Source: a virus (Duplodnaviria > Caudoviricetes). Taken from it: a stretch of DNA of 30,749 bases. The notes under the pieces are model-generated. The model did not search any database and was not told the DNA's origin. It saw only the letters and a program-made list of their open reading frames with translations. Shown here one piece after another: positions 26,470-30,749 of the stretch. Within the stretch, counting starts at the first letter, position 1; every line of letters starts with the position of its first letter. The position numbers were made by a program, and so were the translations under genes. The DNA lies in the IMG/VR virus record IMGVR_UViG_3300010052_000156, positions 1 through 30,749 of that record; one strand, 5' to 3'.

Positions 26470-27218
26470 CCGGCGTTCTCGATCGGCTCCACGCGCAGCC
26501 GCAGTCCCATCGCGGCCAAGATCGCGATAAAGCTATTGAGCGACGGGTTCCCGGCCTCTGAGAGCGTCCGATAGAGTTGCGACCGATTGACTTTGGCCTG
26601 CTCGGCAATCCCCGCCAGTCCTTTCGCCTTGGCAATCTGACCAAGCGTGACGAGCAGTTCACCCTGATCGCCATCCTCAAGGATCGCATTCAGCGTTTCG
26701 GCCGCAAGCTCTGGATCGGAGGCGAAGAGTTCCGCCATCGCGTCGTCGTGGTTCTGCTCGACGCCGCTACTGGCGGCGGCTCCGACGCCGTCGAAGGACA
26801 GCGGTATGATCGGGAAGACCATTTCATTCGTTGGAACCACAAGGTGGTCGAGCGTGTAGCGCTTCCGCGCCTTGAAGTAATCCTCCGGATCAAGATGGAG
26901 ATGGCACCCGATGATTGCGACATTCGATGTCGTAACCATGAGCGAATTCAGATGTTGCTTCGAAGTCGCATGCTCCTTCTTGGCGAAGTAACCATGCCAA
27001 GTGTCGCGGAGTCGCTGCTTAGCAGCATCCACTGCTTCGGCTTGACCGCCATAAACCATCATCTTTCGACCGGCGCACGAGTCTGACACTTTCGCCACGA
27101 TAATTTCAACCATACCCTGATGATTGAAATCAGCGATCTCGTCCTCGGGTGCGCGCTTACGCGGCTCGACCATCATCAAAGAGAGCATCCCGCCGTGGGG
27201 CTCGTGCTTCGGAGTCAT
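26466..27218 (-). CDS. HI1420/HigA-type addiction-module antitoxin with ~150-aa N-terminal extension
   Basis: C-terminal ELLVTLGQIAKAKGLAGIAEQAKVNRSQLYRTLSEAGNPSLNSF..IL.AMGLRL HTH; ATGA overlap with the toxin. Confidence 0.85.
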   Translation of the reverse strand: MTPKHEPHGGMLSLMMVEPRKRAPEDEIADFNHQGMVEIIVAKVSDSCAGRKMMVYGGQAEAVDAAKQRLRDTWHGYFAKKEHATSKQHLNSLMVTTSNVAIIGCHLHLDPEDYFKARKRYTLDHLVVPTNEMVFPIIPLSFDGVGAAASSGVEQNHDDAMAELFASDPELAAETLNAILEDGDQGELLVTLGQIAKAKGLAGIAEQAKVNRSQLYRTLSEAGNPSLNSFIAILAAMGLRLRVEPIENAG

Positions 27219-27556
27219 CCGACTTTTCCCTTCCAGCAGGCACCCGCGTAGTACGCCGCGAGGTTGCTGTGCGCCTGCCTAATATCCCGGTCCTGCGTCT
27301 GCTTATTGCCGCCACCCAGCAGCAAGACCAGTTCATTCCCAACACGGGCGAAATAGACCCGGTAACCCTGCCCGACATCGATGCGCATCTCGAAGAGCCC
27401 GCTACCAAGGCTGCGGCAGTCGCCGAGGTTGCCGGCCTGCGCACGGTTCAGCCGCCGCAGGATGGCAATCTGCGCCTTCCTGTCGGTCAACCCTTTGAGC
27501 CAGAGCGAAACGACGCTCTGGCCCTCCGAATTGAGATAGTGGGTAATCTCGACCAT
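27215..27556 (-). CDS. RelE/HigB-family toxin (HI1419 / Gp49-like)
   Basis: RLNRAQAGNLGDCRSLGSGLFEMRIDVGQGYRVYF...LLLGGGNKQTQDRDI. Confidence 0.92.
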   Translation of the reverse strand: MVEITHYLNSEGQSVVSLWLKGLTDRKAQIAILRRLNRAQAGNLGDCRSLGSGLFEMRIDVGQGYRVYFARVGNELVLLLGGGNKQTQDRDIRQAHSNLAAYYAGACWKGKVG

Positions 27557-27562
27557 AAAATG

Positions 27563-27586
27563 GCTTGTCGTCTAAAAACGACAAGC
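27563..27586. promoter_or_regulatory. Palindromic operator upstream of the TA operon
   Basis: GCTTGTCGT-N6-ACGACAAGC, a perfect 9-bp inverted repeat 6 nt from the toxin ATG. Confidence 0.7.
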
Positions 27587-27635
27587 GGTCAAGCTGTCGC
27601 ACCCGACGCACTTGGTCCGGTTGTTCCTACTTGCG

Positions 27636-27986
27636 TCAGGCGAAGGCCAGCTTGAAGTGCACGGCCTCGATATCGTCTTCAATGACGACCCGAACGCCGA
27701 CCCTCCGACGCTCTGTCCTGTAGGCCCGGATCGTGCGCTCGAACCTGCCGAAGATCGTGTGACGAACCGTGCCGAGACGCTCCCGGATAGCCGGAAAATC
27801 GACGCGCGATTCTTCGACGAAGACCTCGTTCGTCACGGGCTCACCAACCATCCCGCCAGCGTCGAACCGCGCGTTGGAAGGGTAGTAGTCGCCGCCATGG
27901 CGACGATCGAGCCGAAGCTCTCTGACCTCGGTAACAGGCTGCTTCTCGAAGGCTTCAACCACGATTTCCCCCACTTGTCTGAACAC
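27636..27986 (-). CDS. Hypothetical protein
   Basis: 116 aa ending IEDDIEAVHFKLAFA; start uncertain. Confidence 0.45.
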   Translation of the reverse strand: MFRQVGEIVVEAFEKQPVTEVRELRLDRRHGGDYYPSNARFDAGGMVGEPVTNEVFVEESRVDFPAIRERLGTVRHTIFGRFERTIRAYRTERRRVGVRVVIEDDIEAVHFKLAFA

Positions 27987-28169
27987 CGCTCGACCTTGCC
28001 CGGTCAGTCGCGATTCACCCTCCGATTTGAGCCATATTCGAAGTGGAAGGCAAGAGGAGTTCTCAGAAAATAACGTGGAATTACAACGTGTTAATGAGCT
28101 TCGCTCTAGCGCCTTTGTGAGCGGTGTTCTCCATAAATACAGGCTCTAGGATATTTTCACGGGAGCCCA

Positions 28170-28829
28170 ATGGCATTCAACGGCGCAGGGGTGTTCAACC
28201 TCATTTACAATTTCGTCCAAGATCGTCTGAACTCGATCAAGCCGGCAGCCGAGCGCTTCCACCTCGAATTTCAGAACGTGGCGGATGGCCTGAGCAACCT
28301 GATCACCCGCGATGGTCAGACAACGATTCTCACCGACATCCCGTGGAACAATAAGCGGATCACCGGCCTCGGGGATGCCACGGGCGCAACTGATGCGCTG
28401 AACCGGCAGACTGGTGACGCGCGGTATCTTCAGGCAGCCAATACGGCGAACGCGGCCCAAATCCGGGGCAACGTCTCAGACAAGCCGATCGACACCGATG
28501 GCCTGTGGGATGCGATGGGACCGGTATCGCTGGGCACGACCCTGACCGGCGCGGTGACCGTAGACCTTGCCACGGGCGTGAACTTCTCCGGGACATTGAC
28601 CGGCAACGTCTCGCTCGCAAACCCGACCAATCCCAAGCCGGGGCAGGCCGGTCTGATCCTGCTGTCGCAGGACGCGACGGGCGGCCGGACCATCACCTTC
28701 GGGACGAATTGGAAGTTCGAAGACGCCACAGCGCCGCTGCTCACGACGACGGCAAACACGTCATCCGCGATCACCTACTACGTCCACACATCGAGCTTCA
28801 TCATCGCGTCGGTCGCGCGGGGGCTCTGA
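28170..28829 (+). CDS. Tail fibre/spike proximal protein
   Basis: MAFNGAGVF...GLSNLITRDGQT virion-anchoring N-terminus, KRITGLGDAT..TDA, and QDATGGRTITFGTNWKF domain; GGAG RBS. Confidence 0.8.
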   Translation: MAFNGAGVFNLIYNFVQDRLNSIKPAAERFHLEFQNVADGLSNLITRDGQTTILTDIPWNNKRITGLGDATGATDALNRQTGDARYLQAANTANAAQIRGNVSDKPIDTDGLWDAMGPVSLGTTLTGAVTVDLATGVNFSGTLTGNVSLANPTNPKPGQAGLILLSQDATGGRTITFGTNWKFEDATAPLLTTTANTSSAITYYVHTSSFIIASVARGL

Positions 28830-28831
28830 TC

Positions 28832-29707
28832 GTGTTCTCGGGACTTGCCCCCCGCACCAGAGGCCGAGCGGGCTCCCGCGTGATGACGGTCGGCGCGACA
28901 GTCCGGCAGGCGAACCTTCATTCGCTTTTCACGGCGGCCTATGGCGCGCCTGTAGGTCCGCAGCGGTTGCGCCTGTTCACGACCGGGTATTTCCACTCGA
29001 ACGACCCCGTAACCGCCGCTTGCTATGTCGGGGCGTTCCCAACCGGGACGGCGATCGATTGGTTTCACAGCGGGACGATCTGCGGCGCACGCGGTGTTCC
29101 GAATTCCGGCTCCGGAGGCCACTGCATCGTCGGCCAGCCCGGCGTCACCATCAATTTGAGAAACAGCGGCACCATCTACGCGGGCGGCGGGGCAGGGGGC
29201 TACGGCGGCACAGGTGGCATGGGCTACTACATCACCACCTCGCACCTCGGTCAGTCAGGTGTCTATGGCTGGTGCGACATGCACAACTCATGTGCCCAGA
29301 CATTCGGTGCTGGCGCGTACTGCACCTCAAACGGCGACGGATGGTGCACCAACTGCGCCTGCTACTGCTTCAACTGCTGGCGCGACGACCCCAACTACAC
29401 CTCCGGCGGTGGCGGTGGCTCAGGGGGCTACGGCACGGGTGTTTACGATACTGCTGGCAACCAAGCTGGCGCGACCGGTGGCAATGCTGGCGCGGGCGGT
29501 GGCACCAACGCTGGCTCGGGTGGATATGGCGGCTCGGGCGGCGGCTGGGGCGGTGCTGGTGCCACTGGCGCGACCGGTAACAGCGGCAACTACACGGGTG
29601 GTTCAGGCGGCTCCGGGGGCGGCGGTGCCGGCTATTGGCGCGTCAGCAACGGCTCGACCTTCAATCTCATCTCAAACACCGGAAATATCGCAGGAAACGC
29701 AAACTAA
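28832..29707 (+). CDS. Glycine-rich receptor-binding adhesin (T-even gp38-like) with 8-Cys insert
   Basis: INLRNSGTIYAGGGAGG, long GGxGG tracts and C-terminal GGGAG...TGNIAG; likely GTG start at 28832. Confidence 0.7.
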   Translation: MFSGLAPRTRGRAGSRVMTVGATVRQANLHSLFTAAYGAPVGPQRLRLFTTGYFHSNDPVTAACYVGAFPTGTAIDWFHSGTICGARGVPNSGSGGHCIVGQPGVTINLRNSGTIYAGGGAGGYGGTGGMGYYITTSHLGQSGVYGWCDMHNSCAQTFGAGAYCTSNGDGWCTNCACYCFNCWRDDPNYTSGGGGGSGGYGTGVYDTAGNQAGATGGNAGAGGGTNAGSGGYGGSGGGWGGAGATGATGNSGNYTGGSGGSGGGGAGYWRVSNGSTFNLISNTGNIAGNAN

Positions 29708-30075
29708 TGAGCACTTTCACCTACACCGTCACGGCCTTCGATGAGGCCAACCGCATTCTGAGCTTTAAGATCGAAGGGGAGGGCGAGCGCCACATCCAAT
29801 TGGCCGAACCACTCCCGAGCACCATTGAGCAGCTTGAAGATTTCATTCGTCCTTGGGCTCTGCACGCAGAGATCGTCGAGGCGAAGGAGAAGGAGCACGA
29901 TTTCGGCTTCATCGCCCCATTTGTCGGCTCCGAACGAGAGACTGAGCGTTTCCGCCGCACTCCGATCGTTGCGGCCTCCGCTCAGGCAGTCGATGAGCCC
30001 AATCCCGAGGGGATGGTGGCCGAAGAGAAGGCGCTCGTAGAATCAATCCTGCGCGAGCATGGGTTGATCCAGTGA
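29707..30075 (+). CDS. Hypothetical protein, possible fibre assembly chaperone
   Basis: 122 aa acidic protein, TAATG-coupled to the adhesin. Confidence 0.6.
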   Translation: MSTFTYTVTAFDEANRILSFKIEGEGERHIQLAEPLPSTIEQLEDFIRPWALHAEIVEAKEKEHDFGFIAPFVGSERETERFRRTPIVAASAQAVDEPNPEGMVAEEKALVESILREHGLIQ

Positions 30076-30236
30076 CGGTTCTGGCTGACGAAGCCACGAA
30101 GCAGGCGAGGCGGGCCATCTGCGCGGCTTGCCCGTCGAAGACTGGCTCGCTCCTTGCCCGATGCCGCCAGTGTGGGTGCCTGATCAAAAGCAAGACGGCG
30201 TTGGCGTTCTCGTCATGCCCCCTGAAAAAGTGGTGA
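30072..30236 (+). CDS. Small Cys-rich protein (DUF6171-like)
   Basis: Below the ORF-track cutoff: MTVLADEATKQARRAICAACPSKTGSLLARCRQCGCLIKSKTALAFSSCPLKKW; GTGA overlap with the upstream gene. Confidence 0.75.
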   Translation: MTVLADEATKQARRAICAACPSKTGSLLARCRQCGCLIKSKTALAFSSCPLKKW

Positions 30237-30263
30237 ACCCACTAGCCGCTATCGACGATACTC

Positions 30264-30749
30264 TCATCCTTCCTGAAACCTGATCAGGTACTGGTAGGCG
30301 GGCTTTCCGGACGGCTTATCGATGCCTTCCTCGCGGTCCTTCGTCAGGGTGGCGAGCGCAACCCTGTTCGAGGCTTCGTTGTCGACGTCGATCATGGCTT
30401 CGACATAGAAATCCTTGATCCCGCCCTTGAACAGAAGAGCCTTCAGTTCGTCGAGCGCCATCGGCACTAGCGCTCGTGCATGGCCTTGGCGACGGTACTC
30501 CTCCGGAGTGGCGATCCCCAATTGAAAGCACTTTCGCCCTTCAACAGGCTCGGCCGGAGCGAAGATCGCAACCGACGTGATCTCGTCGTCAATCAGCCTT
30601 GCGAATGAGAAGCGCGGGAACCCATGTTCCATGTCGAAGAAGACTAGGCAGTCATTGTGAATCCGGCCCCGCGCAGGCTGAATAACGCCCGCATATGCCG
30701 CCTCGCGAAATGACAGCATCGCGTTCGTCGGATCGACCATCCCGACCAT
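30264..30749 (-). CDS. GNAT-family N-acetyltransferase
   Basis: LGIATPEEYRRQGHA acetyl-CoA motif and DNEASNRV; start may be 30740, 30749 or beyond the window. Confidence 0.75.
   Translation of the reverse strand: MVGMVDPTNAMLSFREAAYAGVIQPARGRIHNDCLVFFDMEHGFPRFSFARLIDDEITSVAIFAPAEPVEGRKCFQLGIATPEEYRRQGHARALVPMALDELKALLFKGGIKDFYVEAMIDVDNEASNRVALATLTKDREEGIDKPSGKPAYQYLIRFQEG

Larger units (their letters stand above)
1..30236. mobile_element. Podovirus-like prophage / phage-derived element (left junction ~160-185; right end not seen)
   Basis: Terminase, portal, scaffold, capsid, adaptor, nozzle, ejection and fibre genes plus accessory cargo. Sequence switches to host-like high-GC coding below ~185. 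Confidence 0.9.

Noticed and set aside
28505-28831. ORF-track N-terminal extension of the Gly-rich adhesin
   Set aside because: Overlaps the fibre gene in another frame and is Arg-rich nonsense; the real start is more likely 28832 or slightly later.
29200-29700. Adhesin variable region as a diversity-generating retroelement target
   Set aside because: No reverse transcriptase and no template repeat seen in the window.

Overview
Most of this window is a podovirus-type prophage or phage-derived element in a high-GC alphaproteobacterium. The host assignment rests on an alphaproteobacterial-type LexA box and is otherwise inference. From ~16,655 down to ~185 on the minus strand runs a head/short-tail operon: TerS, TerL, a portal split into two ORFs, fibre-like genes, scaffold, major capsid, adaptor, tail nozzle, a GNAT and an ejection/DNA-transfer protein. 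That last gene runs in frame into the 3' half of what looks like a host SDR oxidoreductase at ~160-185, marking the left junction. A plus-strand cargo block sits between TerS and TerL: a CoiA-like nuclease, a secreted protein, an MltR/HEPN-like protein, a repeat-flanked membrane-protein cassette and a serine recombinase with a res-like palindrome. The right half holds a LexA-boxed operon ending in SRAP, a dense TTGWTC iteron-like array beside an AT-rich tract, and orphan genes. It also has a candidate defence cluster (HEPN-like protein, DUF3010 plus Ser/Thr kinase, a duplicated-domain protein, and a RelE/HI1420-type TA pair with an extended antitoxin). A separately oriented tail-fibre / gp38-like adhesin / DUF6171-like module follows. 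A T4-late-promoter-like core, TAAATA, precedes many structural genes. No replicase, late sigma, repressor, lysis cassette or tyrosine integrase is recognisable in the window. All family calls come from motif recognition by eye; no database search was run.
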